A DNA stretch of 64,000 nt, from positions 14,139,934-14,203,933 of the forward strand of contig OZ316899.1 in the NCBI GenBank assembly GCA_973895155.1, given 5' to 3'. Both the position numbers and the translations under genes were made by a program. The notes below the pieces were generated by a model. It did not search any database and had not been told where the DNA came from. It saw only the letters and a program-made list of their open reading frames with translations. The DNA is from Marsupella aquatica (taxonomy: Eukaryota; Plantae; Marchantiophyta). Shown one piece after another: positions 39,601-51,916 of the stretch. Position 1 is the stretch's first letter; the number at the start of each line of letters is the position of its first letter.

Positions 39601-42377
39601 ACTAGGGAATAAGCACTAGAAGGCGCAGTAGGTCAGCATAGTGTAAGTGTAAAGTGTCAAAGCATTGTCTAGTACTAAATTAATCCACCTGATTAGTAAG
39701 AAGGGGGTGTATACTGTAATGGGAAAAAGAAAAAAAACCAAGGCATGAGCAAGGGCCACCAAGAGTGGTGCAGCTATAAGCTATAGGGATTGAACACAAT
39801 GCGGGGGGGCAGTGGCACTATGTATGAGGAAATCACGGGAGTATCGGTGTCAAATGAGTCGACAAAACTCCCAGATAGCCACACAGTATAAATCAATCTC
39901 ACAGAAGGCTGCCATCAATGGAGGAAACAATTTGACACGACCCACATCTGAGAGTGTGAATTCGCTCGATCTCCAGCAGTTCTTTGGCACTCGATAGACG
40001 TCGGTGCTTTCGGCTCAAAGATGAAGGAGAATTACCCCTCCTCAACATAGAGTGAACATTACCCATGATGTGCTAGACTATTCACCCTTCACAAAGTAGC
40101 AAGGTTACTTCTCATAGTCTTTTAGTGAACCATAAAACTCTCATAGTCTTTTCTAGTCTTCAACAAAACCGGTGCAATGGGTGCGAGTTGTTTTAAGTAT
40201 GGAAAAAGGACTTAGTGGGCATAGTCCTATAAGGTATGGTCTAAATTGCCCCGGTTTCTACTAGTGTAAACTCCCTTCTCTGGCCAACAGGAAGCACCCA
40301 TGGGGTTGAAGGTCGATGTTCTATCCCTGTGATAGGATCAATTGTGACCCATACATCTGGATGCATCTCAAGATCCTCACAAGCCTCCCTGAAGTTAGTG
40401 TCCTTTTCTCCATAGAAAGCCTTTATCAAAGCCTTTCTCACATTTCCCTCAATGTGCATGGGGTCTAATAGATGGCGGATCTTCAACTCTCCCCAATAAG
40501 GCAAAGTGGTTAATATACTCCATCTAGTCAACCCACTACCCTCAAATTGCATGGGATCCTCCGGTTTTGCCATTCTATCAGCCAAGTCTTTCCAATGTGC
40601 AAAAGTTGTTGGCTCTGGTATATCACGTTCATCACCAAAGGACATATCAATGGAGGAAAATAGTAGTGGGTCAAACCTCATCTGATGGCCCATTGGCAGA
40701 AACTTTGTATGCCCAAGATAAACAATCTTGTGAAGGTGTGATGAGTACTTGGCTATATCACCAAGACTTGGGCCACAAGTGGAGCAGCCTTGTAGCCTTG
40801 GGTTTACAACCCACTCACAAAGCCAAATCCTGGTCATATAGACACACATAATGTACAATTAGCACATGGAAATGAGGGGATAACATGCATTATCATATCA
40901 TGCTGGATGTAAACAAAAAAAAGTGTTGTAGTTTCATAGTTCTTACCTGGGTAGTCATGCATGGTCCACATACAAACCCCTTTTAGTTTAAAAACCCGTG
41001 GGGTACCCCCTGTAGTCTTTCAACCGTCATATGCCCATATTCCGTCCCATAATTTTTGGAGTTCCTCAACCACTAATGCCAAATAGGTGTCCATGTTCTT
41101 CACCTTCTTTGGCCCTGGGATAATCAAAGATAGCAATCAAAAGCCCTTTTTCATGGACAACCATGGTGGAAGGTTGTAATTCATGAGAACCACCGGCCAA
41201 ACTGATGTAGGTCTCCCCTTCCCTCCAAGTGAATGAGGGCTAACCCCATCTGATGCCAACCCAAGTCGCACATGCCGAGGGTCACGCTCAAAATCTGGCC
41301 ATGTTGACTCCACATGTTTATGAGCAAGAGAGTCAACTGGTAATCGCATCACACCGGGCTCCGAACGATGCTTCTTGTGCCATACCATCAACTCGGCCAA
41401 GTCAGAACATCTATACATGTGCAACAAGCGAGGAATAATGGGGAACCAACGAACTGCTTTTCTTGGCACCTTCCCGGTTAGCATGTTTGGGTCATACCGT
41501 GGCTCATGACATACTGTGCATTCTGTCATATGGGCTTTGTCCCCATGAAATAATATGCAATCATTCACACAAGCATGAATGATATGGTAATCCATGCCAA
41601 TGGATGAGAGAATCTTCTTTGCATCCTTCCAAGTTCCATGCAACACATTCTCCAAGGGTAACATCAAGTCATGACAATATTCAAATATGTCTGATAACAT
41701 AGAATTGTTTGCCTTATGTTTGGCCTGAATGTTCAACAACCCCAAGATGGTTGACAAACGACTCAACCGAGCACCCTCAAAGATAGGTGTCCGGGCATGT
41801 TCCTCAGCCTCCTTCCATTGTTGTTGTCCCTCTGGAGTATGTTGTGGTCGTGGGTCATTTTGGGGGGCAGCTCATTCAACACTAATGTCAGGGACACCAT
41901 CTTCAACATCAGCACCAAACCAATCAACCATGAAGTCATCCATGGCTCTGTCCTGATCATGCATGACCTGGTCATCAGTCTGAGGTGTTGCTTCCTCATC
42001 ACCATGATCACTTACATCATTACTTGATGAGGAATCATCCTCTGATGGTTCTCCCTCTTCTAGCATGCCCATCTCCCGATATGCTGCTCTCAACCTTCGT
42101 GGTAACATTTGTTGAGATGGTTGCACATTCTACGCACATCACAACCAAAAAACCTCTTGATGTACATTTCACCAGGTACAACAAAAACAGACTTCAGACC
42201 ATTCATTCAAGACAAATTAACAATCAGTTTTAAGGATTGATTGCATGCATTCACATTAAGAACTTAAGTGAAGGGCCACACCAAAATTATACTACTCCAA
42301 AATGAGGCCAGAGGACATGTATATAATGATAAGTGTGAAGTACACACAAGGTACAAGAGGATGTATGACATGGCTCC

Positions 42378-42924
42378 CTAATCCCACTCATAGTGTGTGA
42401 ATAACTCATCTCCAGCTCTAATAGTCCTAGTGGCAAGAACTAAGCAATGGTCCTTATGATATGTCATTCCATATGGTGCCGACATTGGGCCATCAGTAAA
42501 AACCCACTCACAATTGGCCCTACGCTTGGGTCGAGTCCCCACAGTACTATTTATAAAGCCAGCAATATTCCCATTACTCCCAATCTTCCCAATCTTCCCT
42601 AAACTCTTTGATGATAGAGGCAATCCGTAATATTCCCTAAGACTCCCAATCTTTGATGATAGAGGCACACTTGCCAGTGAATGAACAAATGCCCCACCTA
42701 CCCTCAACTAGTGTTCTTGATGGGTCATTGGGTGCTCGTGGCCTCCTCTTGGACTGGGGCCTGGACCGGGGTCTTCGTGTCTTAGTGGGCACATGAGACT
42801 GTTCCTCTTCAGTCCCATGATTTGTACTGATCCCTACACCCAAGGCTTGTGAAAGTGCATTGCCTATAGCATCTAAAACTCCTTGTGATGGGACATAGGG
42901 TGGTGGTGTCACCGATCTACGCAT
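42378..42924 (-). pseudogene. SET-domain remnant within the outer element (C-terminal half of the domain retained)
   Basis: GNIAGFINS...ANC...VLATRTIRAGDELFTHY matches the SET signature GNxARFINHS...N...AxRxIxxGEELxxDY. The middle is scrambled by short duplications at ~42563-42667. Confidence 0.8.
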
Positions 42925-43130
42925 ACTGGATCCCTATTCCATGCAAAAACCCACAAAAAACCATATGTGTAAACATTGATTCACTTATGAAAATATGAGG
43001 GAAAAAAGGCAAACAATTGAAATCCACATACCATATGGATGAAGAAGCCCCCGGAGTAAGACCCCTGTGACGTCCGGAGGTCTTATTATGAGCACACACA
43101 TAAGATTTTTGAGAAACTTGGCCCCCACAT

Positions 43131-43452
43131 GGGGTATTTACAAACGACAGGAAACAGGAAACAGGAAAGTGGGTGGTAATTTTTTGGATTTTTTTTTGGA
43201 TTTTTTTTGGAAAATTTTTTTTGGGGGAAAAAAAGTTTTTTTTGTTTTGGTTTGTCATCATCATATTGCTAGCGCCCGGAGCTAACAATAGCAGCACTTG
43301 GCGCTCGCAAAAAAAACCCATGATTTTAATTATTTTGAAAAATAAGACTTTAAATGGTACATTTTTAGATCATGTTTTTACTGGTAACAGGAAAATTTTT
43401 GCTGGTACCAATAATCATGTTTTCCTGTTTCTTGCCTCGGTGGTGATGCCCC
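43131..43452. mobile_element. 322-bp MITE inserted in outer TnpD exon 1
   Basis: Imperfect ~31-bp TIRs (GGGGTATT...GAAACAGGAAA and TTTCCTGTTTC...ATGCCCC); 8-bp TSD CCCCACAT/CCACACAT (one mismatch). Removal restores CECTRCGGQVSQKSY in frame. Confidence 0.78.
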
Positions 43453-44199
43453 CCACACATCTGGTGCACTCACAAAGTCTCCGGGGAGGACCACGAGGAC
43501 CGGTAACCTCAGGTTGAGGAGGAGGGGGTACATCATCGGAGGAGGAGTACTCACTACTGGATAGTTCAGAGGAGGAGGACATATCCACTGCCACATTACA
43601 TTGCATGTAGGGCATGATTAGAATCCCTCTCGGCCAAAAAATATCCTAAAACTAAACTACAAAAACCCTTTTTTGTTTAGCATGAAACCCAAAGGAGAGT
43701 ATCATGCACAAAAATATCACATTGTCACCCTTGGGAAAATTGTAATGGTCTAGGCCCTGAATTAGGTTAGTGAATTACCTGAATGAGACCCGGGCTCAAC
43801 AGTGCCTATAGGTCGTGTGGCTCAATGAACATGAGCCAAATCTAGAAGTAGGAGGAAAATATTGGAAACAAAATGTAAGTTTTGGATAGTCATTAGCATC
43901 TCTCAAGTTGTGGAACCCCAAACATAAGTTACACATATATATTCTTGCAAAACAAAAAATGGCAAGGTTTATGAAAAATCTCCACTAACAACACTACATA
44001 CATGTTATACCTTTTAGATGCCCGGGTTCCCACAATGCATATGCATTAGACAAAAGTTGAGGAAGTAGTGATGTCCCTGGGCTGTATCATGATGACATGG
44101 GTTTTCCCCTCAATTGTTAGCATAAAAACCTCTTAGAACTTGCCCTCATAAGTTACCATAAAATTAACCCAAGTGTCCATGAAAATAGAACCTGTCTTT

Positions 44200-44590
44200 C
44201 CCTCCTAAGTTGGCCTAAACCCCAAAAGCCAAAACATAAACACCTCCTCTTATTCCAATACATATAAGCCAAACATTCATAAAATGAAATCCCCCTGGCC
44301 AAACCCAAAACATAAAACACCTCATATATATTACCCTCCAATCTAAGCCCAACGTACCTTCATAAAATAAACCCTCCCCCAACCAAACCAAACGTCAAAC
44401 ATAAAATCCCTCCATTTACCCTCCAATACACATAACCCCAACCTTCATAAAATAAAAACCCTCCCAACCAGGCAAAACCCAAAAGCCAAAATATAAATCC
44501 CCATCTCTTTCCTTCCAATATAACCCCCTCCCCCCCAACCAGGCCAAACCCAAAAGCCGTAACATAAGACCCCTCCTCTTACCCTCCAAT
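44200..44590. repeat. Degenerate C/A-rich ~80-90-bp tandem repeats (about 5 units) in the divergent intergenic region
   Basis: Recurrent aaacccaaaagcc..aacata, ttaccctccaat and ttcataaaat modules. Confidence 0.7.
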
Positions 44591-44930
44591 GTCAGCACTT
44601 TTAAACCCCCCAACCCTTATATGATCACATGCAATGAATTACTTGTACCAAATTTAATGTTTATGACCCCTCTTAGTATCCCTGCTCACAGAAAATACAC
44701 ATGCGAGATGGGGGTCTTCGCAAACCCAATAGCGAACACGTTTGCAAAGCCGTATTCTTCGCAAAGATACCGTTTGTGAAGCTGGTTGAGAAGGTAGAAC
44801 CATCGCAAACTGGGATGCGAATGACTTCGCAAACCCTAACTCTACTGTCCTTATCATTTGCCAAGCGCATATGAGGCGGATCCATTTCTTTTGGGCCCTG
44901 GGAGAGAGCAGCGTAGGCAAGGGAGGAGCG

Positions 44931-47055
44931 ATGGCAAGCGGAGGGGGAACTGCAGGTGATGGAGGAGCTTCTGCCAGCAGCGGAGGCAACCACTTAGAGG
45001 AGGAGGATCGACTTCAAAAGATTGTGGATGACCATTTCTCGGTTGCGCAGTTGAGTAAGATTGATTTCACCTCTCCAACAGGGCTTGCATCGTTGAGTGC
45101 ATTATTGGGCCAGGCCTTGCAATCTGGTCTCAGTGCAGGGAAAGCAGCAAGAGAGGAGGAAGAAAGGAGGACAGCCAAGCAGAAGGCCACTGAGAAGAAG
45201 CGAAAGAGGGATGAGAGAGCTCAGGCTGGAGTACTCTCCCCTCAAGCCTTGGAAAAGAAGAGGAGGAAAGATGAGAGAGACTTGATAAGGAAACAGAGGG
45301 AGGAGCAGAGAAAGAAGGAGGAGGCAAGGAGGAAGCTGCCTCTGATTACATTAGAGGATGAGGGAATTCCCACAGAGCTTGCTTACAATGGGGCCAAGAG
45401 CACAATCAAACACATTGTGTCCACAAATTTTGCAAGAGGAGTCGAGTGCGCACTCTCTCCAAGGCAGAGCAGAAGCGAGTGATCAATCAGGTGAAAGATG
45501 CATTCCAAAATGGAGGAGAGATGGATTCACAATGGCTTGCTGATAAAATCTCAAATTCCATGTCACAAGCACGATACCATGACAAGATGAAGATCAGGGC
45601 TCACCTGAGAGATTTGGAGGAGTACAAGAATTTGGGGAGGCCGCTGCAGTTCTCATAAGATATCTGGCAGGCCTTCTACGCCACAGAGGTGAAGTTGAAA
45701 GCAGCCAGGGTCCTCAATGAATTTATAGAGAAGTTGACAAATGCCCGGAAGGCAAAGGAGGCTGGGAAGTCTGACCGTGACCTGAAGATGATGGAGCAGA
45801 AGGTGGCCCAGTTGCAACAGGTTGTAGCAGAGGTGGGAGATCCGCCCAACAAGTTCTTGAAGGCAGTTGAGAGAGTTCGAGAAAAGCTCAACATCACCCA
45901 TAGGCTTGGTCAAGGTGGCCTCCTCGGCCTCAAAGCAGCATTTGTGAGTGCACCGCCCTCTCCTCTCTTGACTTCTTACTCCAATTTCTATTCCAACACA
46001 CCTGCAATGCCCCAACTCTTTTCTGCTGTGGCACCAAGTACTTCCAATTGGAGTTGTTGTGTCAGATTAGGTCACGAACATTTACTTCCCTTTCAGCTTT
46101 TCGTCATAACAGAGTTTGCAAAGCATTTGCGATGCGCGTCGCTTTGCAACTGCTTTGCAAACCTTGTTATTCACTTTTTTGGAAATAAATTTGCGATGCC
46201 CTTGCAAAGCCACGCGCATCTCAATCAATTTTGCAACCTAGTTTTCCCTTATGTTTGCAAAGCTGGAGACTTCGCAAATTCAAAAAATTTGAATTTTTGA
46301 ATATTTCAAAACGTTTAAGTGTTGTTTGAGGGTCGTAAGCCCCCATGCCACCCTTGTAAAACCACCCCCAACCTAAGCCCCAACCCCACCAGCACCTAAT
46401 TAACCCCTCTACTTGATTTAAGGCATTTTGGCTTGCCGTTATTGCTTGGTTTTGACCAATTGTGCCGGTTTTTATTTTGGTTAGTACAAGAGGTACAAGA
46501 GGAAGATCACAGCGGCTAAGATGGAGGTGGGCCAGAAACATGGGAAGGAGCATCTCTTTCGGCAAGTTGATCAATTATTGGTGAGCGTTCATTTTCAGGT
46601 TAATGTGTTGATTGCATTTATGAAAAATTCCCTCTTATGGATGTCATTCACTTAATTGTAAGGTTCTATATGACTAATGCATGGCTGGTTTGCTAATGTA
46701 ACAGAGACCGGATGATGATGGTGACTCCCATACCGAGGGTGATAGTAGCGATGAGGATGAGGAGGGGACAGGGGAGGGGAGTACTGCTCCTGGTAGTCGA
46801 GTCAGGCCAACTAGCACTGGAGAGCAATCATTTGCATCAGCACCTCCATTGGTGCTGCGAGTGGTAGTGCGGTAGGGGATGGGGATGGGGATGGGGATGG
46901 TGACGGGGATGGTGGTGGTGATGGGGATGAGGATGAGGATGAGGAGGGAGACCAAGAGGAGGAGGAGGCCCCGGTCCCCCCCCCCAAGAGCACGCAAGGG
47001 CAAGGAGAAGGCCAAGGGGAAGAAGTCAAGGAGGGGCAGGAACTCTCCTTTCTAG
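44931..47055 (+). pseudogene. TnpA-like gene of the outer element, oriented opposite to TnpD
   Basis: ORFs 44871, 45446 and 45689 join through a frameshift (~45445) and a stop (45656). The motif ITHRLGQGG precedes a GTGAGT donor. Further exons at ~46485-46580 and ~46705-47055 (acidic then basic tail). Confidence 0.65.
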
Positions 47056-48422
47056 CTCTATCTAGATAGGTGCCTAGATTACCCTAGAGACTTAGGTAGT
47101 TCACATGTATAGGGGGATTAGCATGGACATGCAACTTTTAGCTAAGGGTTCTTACCCTTCCATTTTGTAACTTTTGTACTTTTTGAGTAATGCCATTTTA
47201 ATTGCGGCATTCCGGTCTACCTACATCCCTTTTCTCCCTCCTTCAACTATATGAATTGTTTCCCTAAACCACTAAACCCTATTATACCCTAATACTTCAA
47301 AAATACCTTTTGCAAAACCCTTGAGAACCAGCTGTCATATCAAATAGCCAAGACAAAACCATCACAAAACATTCTAAACGCTCATCCTCGCAAATTTTGC
47401 GATATTTTTTGCATCGCAAATATGCGAACACACGATTTCTGCAAGTTTAGAAATGTGTTCAATTTCGCAAATGTAGCGAATATAAATGTATCACAGTATT
47501 GAGAGAAAGAATGGCTCGCAATCTACCGATGTGTCCTAAATCGCAATCTAGCGATGATTTTAGCATTGCTACGTTAGCGTTTCTTTGCGAATCGCAAACG
47601 CGCCCATAGTTCCCGATTCGCAAATATTGCGGTAGGTATGGCATCACAATTGTGCAATGTTAAAAGAGTCGCAAAGTGCAAAGCTCTTGCGAAGGTCCAG
47701 TTGCGAAGGTGTGGGCATGGAAAAGAGCAAAGATGTTGAGATGTGCGGCATTTCGCAACAAGGAGTTGACCGATATTGTTTCCTTTGTTGCATGCAAGGG
47801 AGGGTGTTTTGCAAAAGAGGGTCATTGTGTTGTAGTGTTAGGATTTACCAACATTAATTCCAAGATGAGACCAATTAGTGGTGGTGTAGAGTAAGAAACC
47901 TCCGGGCTTGTTGTCAGTCGATTCTTTAGCAGGGGAAAAGCGCGGCTTCAGGGTTTAGACATTCAGATAGAATATTTCTTGGACAGTGCAGGGGGGAAGA
48001 CGCAACTTAATTTTAGCATTCTCAATTTTAATTCTGCAATAGGCCCGATGAGTTGTTTGTGTGGAATTGCATATCTGGTTCTTTGGTTCAGAATTCTGTG
48101 ACTCGATGTAAAAGAATTCACTATAAATTTGCTTACTGGTAATTAGCATTGACATGTAACGGTCACTTTATTGAAGGCAAATTGGAAATGAATGTTGAGG
48201 GAGGAATAAATTTTGTTCTGAACTAATGTAACGAGGTCATTATATTGAAGTTGAATCCTCTGCTCGTGCTTGTAGGATTTCAAAAACAACACAATTCGAG
48301 CGGGAACGCGATTATTGTAGGCCATACTGCTTTCTATGGAGCACCGCTTGGTTGTGTATTAGTGTCACGGCACTTCTGATATGGCATATTGGAAGATACC
48401 ACCCAATCCCCAATTCTAAATT

Positions 48423-48502
48423 GTCAGCAGTAGCACCTGGCTATTGAATTATTTATCATCGCGTCAGCAGTAGCACCTGGCTGTTGAATTATTTATCATC
48501 GC
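48423..48502. repeat. 40-bp tandem duplication (one mismatch)
   Basis: GTCAGCAGTAGCACCTGGCT(A/G)TTGAATTATTTATCATCGC twice. Confidence 0.95.
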
Positions 48503-48717
48503 GGATGAGTACTCCCCTCCTTTGGATATTCAACAGTCGCAAGACATCCCTAAGTCGTCACCTATGTTGAGTTGTGGCGTGGCGCGGCGTGGGTGTTTCG
48601 ATTCAATACCTGCATCATTAGGGCAATTGACACTCAGTTTTGCATCTGGGAATGGAGGGTCCATACTCACTTGGATGCACACTATTGAATCTCGGAGCGG
48701 ATTTGAATTTTCTTTGT

Positions 48718-50628
48718 TTATCCTGAAAGAAAGCTGTGTCTTACCATACATACAAACATTGGTAATGTAAACCTCGGCCGCATAGGGAAGTCATGCCATG
48801 ATTGTATATCCAATTTCCGTGGGCGCTGCTGATTCCCCCTCCCTCTGCTTTGCGAGAGGTGGGTGGACAATATAGCCCCGAAAACTGAAAAAGTCACATC
48901 AGTTACGCCATGTCTATAGTGGTTGTTTTTAGGGTTCAGTTTTATGGTAATTGAATTGATGATGCATACAGGTCTCACCTGATCCAAACGGTAACGGAGA
49001 TTGGTCTCATTTGCCAGTCAATGTTGTTGATTTTCCTGCCCCATATATTGTATTAGCTTGGCAGCTTTTTTGGTTTCTTCTTGAAACAGGGCCATCTTTA
49101 CTCGATAAGCTGCTCTTGAAAATGGATTTAATGTGGACAAGTCAAATCCAGCAATGTTGTGCAGTGCCTCGTGAAGATAAAATTCCATGGCTTTTTCCCT
49201 TTCCTTTGAAGCTTCTATGATTAAGGACTCCTTGGCCTCAAATTTGGGATTCCCTGCCTCTTGCAAACATCGGGTGAGGTCGTCAAGGAGTTGTAAATCC
49301 GTGTCGAGCTGCTTCTTCAGTCCCTGTACTTCTTCTTCTACTTTTTGGCATTGGCTCCGTTTGTCTTGTATCTCTCGCTGGAGCCTAGCATTTTCCTCTT
49401 TCAGTACGTCTAGTTGCTTACATATTCTAGGCTCACACGACCCCAATTTGTCTGACCTCTGTTCCAAAGCCGTGCAGTCGATTGTCAAGCTTTATACCGT
49501 TCCCTTGTGTAATAATGTATCTTCAGATAATTTGTGCAATGACCCTGTGGGGTCCTGATGAAATCCTATGTTCCGGCTGGGGCTCTCTGCAAACTCTGTT
49601 CCCTTGTTTAATGAAGTGACGACTACCCTCTATTCGAAACCTTTCAATCGAGATGCATCTACTGATTCCAATTTTTGTACATGCACGTCCAACCGTCCGT
49701 CCTCCGAACCGCCTTCCACCGTGGAGGATTGCAAGGCGTGGTTGCTGGCCCTGAAGTTGTGCAAAATGTATGCTCCCAGTAGAGTGGCTTCCTCTCCACG
49801 ATCTTCTTTGCCTTCTGAACTGTCAGCGCGTGCTTCTTCCTGTTCTGGATTAGCTGCAGTCCCATGTGGTAAGGTGGATTCACTGGTTCCCCGGTTTTCC
49901 CCGACCGCGTGACTGTAAGCAACATTTTGTCGGTGACTCCTATGCAATTGGCGATTTTGCGGTGCAACATCAGGGATGGCGGTGGCATCCCTGATCGGGT
50001 TCACCAATCTTTTCTTTAGCACCCAACAAATGATGTAAGCAAGAAGTGAGGGATAAGGCGGAACCAATTTGGACCAGAGTTTTTGAAGCAACTCCGCCTT
50101 CCGCACTTGCAACAGGTGGAGCTTGCCTTCAAGCACTCGAGCGGCGATCGTGATATGGTCAATGGTCCCATGATGGTAACCAGATTTTATCATCACCCAT
50201 TCGGTGAAAAACTCTATATACTTGCGGACCTCCAGATTTGTCACCGTCCCGTATTGGATCTTCTCGACATGGATCGAGGATCTCAAGTCACGGTCTGACC
50301 TCAAAAAGCCGATAATCTGCCATGGAGTGTAAGGTGTGCACTTCACTCTTGTCGGGAGCTGCGATGGAACTAAACCTAGAATCCCAAACATGCTGGCCAA
50401 TTCTTGGTTGAGCACCCTAATAAGCGGTGTCCTATCGTACTCGATGCACAGTGACGCCGCATCGCCATAGACTGATCGTATATTCCAATGATAATATGCA
50501 GCCTCTGCCAAGGTCAGATCGCAACCCATTCCGACCATACCCAGGCATTTGGCATGCCGGAAGATGCTCTCAAATTGAGTAATGTAAGCTGTGTCCGTCC
50601 GTGAGTTCTGAATGTTGGCCTCTGCCAC
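48718..50628 (-). pseudogene. Second, diverged copy of the unknown long-ORF family
   Basis: Track ORFs ending at 50628, 49488 and 48987 share one frame, broken by point stops. Aligns to 3588-6086 at the N-terminus (FRHAKCLGMV/FRKARCLGMV, SDRD, ITIAA) and after the coiled coil (ENQQ...NL..RL). Confidence 0.8.
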
Positions 50629-50994
50629 TATTGTAACAGTTTTTGAGCCATTGATAACTGCAATGTTTCAAGTAGTCTCCGCGCGAGACCTCTTTCTGCT
50701 CGACATGAAACAAACGGAAGGACACCTTTGCAAAACCACAGTTAATTTCCAGAACTCGTATCGTTCATTCGGGTGCCGGAACAATTTTGGCAAATTGCTC
50801 GAATCACTTTTTATCCAACTATGTTTGCCCCATTATTGTGTATTGCTCATCTCGAGGTGGCGGACGTTTTTAGGGCTGACTTCCGCTAAAGCCAAACATC
50901 GCGTGCGGCAAATTAGAGGGTCATATTTGAAAGCAATGTGTCTTTTAAGTTTTTTTGTATTTCTTCCGAGACTTATGAGAGAAGCTTTGATCTG

Positions 50995-51647
50995 ACCCTA
51001 AACCCTAAACCCTAAACCCTCATATTCCTCTCTCTCTCAATGAGCCTCTCGTTGGTGGATTTAGGGTTTAGGGTAACATCAAGTCCCAAGGGTTTAGGGT
51101 TTTCATTTTCCCTGATGTTTTCATTTTTTTAGGTTTCCGATTACCATTAGCCAAGTACGGGATGAATTTCGGTCGTTTTACGACTAGTTTAGCTGGATTA
51201 GGGTTGGGTATAGCTGTTTTACCTTGTGTTACATCAAACATGATGGGGGTCCATGAAAGAAGGAGCTTGCCATGCGGGTCCATCAAGAAATTTAGAAACT
51301 TGCCACCATCCTCATACTAAACCAATGGCCTAGTCCAATTGATGCTTATCATCATACTTGTCATTCCGGACATCCATCCTTGCTGGACTACGGAATGTCC
51401 AACCCGCCCTACACGACTCCCGCGCATAGCCTTGGTTGATGACTACTATAGTCCTGTTCGGGTTCACTACCAAGATCCATGTCCTATGGGTTTTCCGGTG
51501 ACAAAATGGACCGTAAATGGCTGTGTTTCAGCTGGCTTAGACTTTGGGGCAACCACCTGCTGTGCGCCCTCTATTTCGTGCCACGTTTTCATTGTTGTTG
51601 CCCACCGTCCTAAACCCTAAACTGTAAACCCTAAAACCCTAAACCCT
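50995..51647. repeat. Short interstitial telomeric repeat clusters in both orientations
   Basis: (CCCTAAA)3+ at ~50996-51020, TTTAGGG copies at ~51060-51100, degenerate CCCTAAA run at ~51609-51647. Confidence 0.8.
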
Positions 51648-51916
51648 TGAATCCCCACTGTTATACCGGCGGTGTGATGGATCCTTGTAGAGCATTGACA
51701 ATTGGGCATGGCCCTTCTTCGCAGCCCAAGCCTCCGGCCATTGCAGCCGAACGACCCCATGGCCTGCATCACAATTATCTGTAACGTCCTTTTGTGAAGC
51801 GTTTTCCACTTCTTCCCTACCATCTTTCATTGCATTGGTATTTTTGCGTCAATAGTGCACAGTAGAAGATTGGTAATAACTCCCTAAACAAGACAATTAG
51901 GAATTCCTTGGAAATG

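Larger units (their letters stand above)
23714..40266 (-). mobile_element. Inner CACTA/En-Spm transposon (16.55 kb) carrying cargo genes
   Basis: TIR CACTAGTAGAAACCGGGGGGTATTTAGACC (left) vs CACTAGTAGAAACCGGGGCAATTTAGACC (right, reverse complement); TSD TAA (23711-23713 and 40267-40269); subterminal GACT/AGTC-core repeats at both ends. Confidence 0.97.
40267..43582 (-). pseudogene. 5' half of the outer TnpD/Tnp2-type transposase
   Basis: Exon 1 RRLCECTRC...KTSGRH (split by a MITE); then IHACVNDC, FPIIPRL, LASDGVSP, YNLPPW, MHDYPG, LDPMHIEGN. Several in-frame stops (41872, 41137 and others). Confidence 0.9.
20929..47837 (-). mobile_element. Outer CACTA/En-Spm transposon (26.9 kb including the nested insert), decayed
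   Basis: Left end CACTACTACA...TTTTGCAAA, right end TTTGCAAAA...TGTTGTAGTG, 3-bp TSD TTA on both sides. Subterminal TTGCGA/TCGCAA motif fields at ~21000-21300 and ~47380-47760. Contains TnpD-like and TnpA-like genes. Confidence 0.93.

Noticed and set aside
42917-43517. Phe/Lys-rich ORFs that look like membrane proteins
   Set aside because: Derived from poly-T/poly-A tracts of the 322-bp MITE.
3588-50628. The two inverted paralogues as arms of one giant element
   Set aside because: Similarity is at protein level only; no nucleotide inverted repeat or TSD was found.
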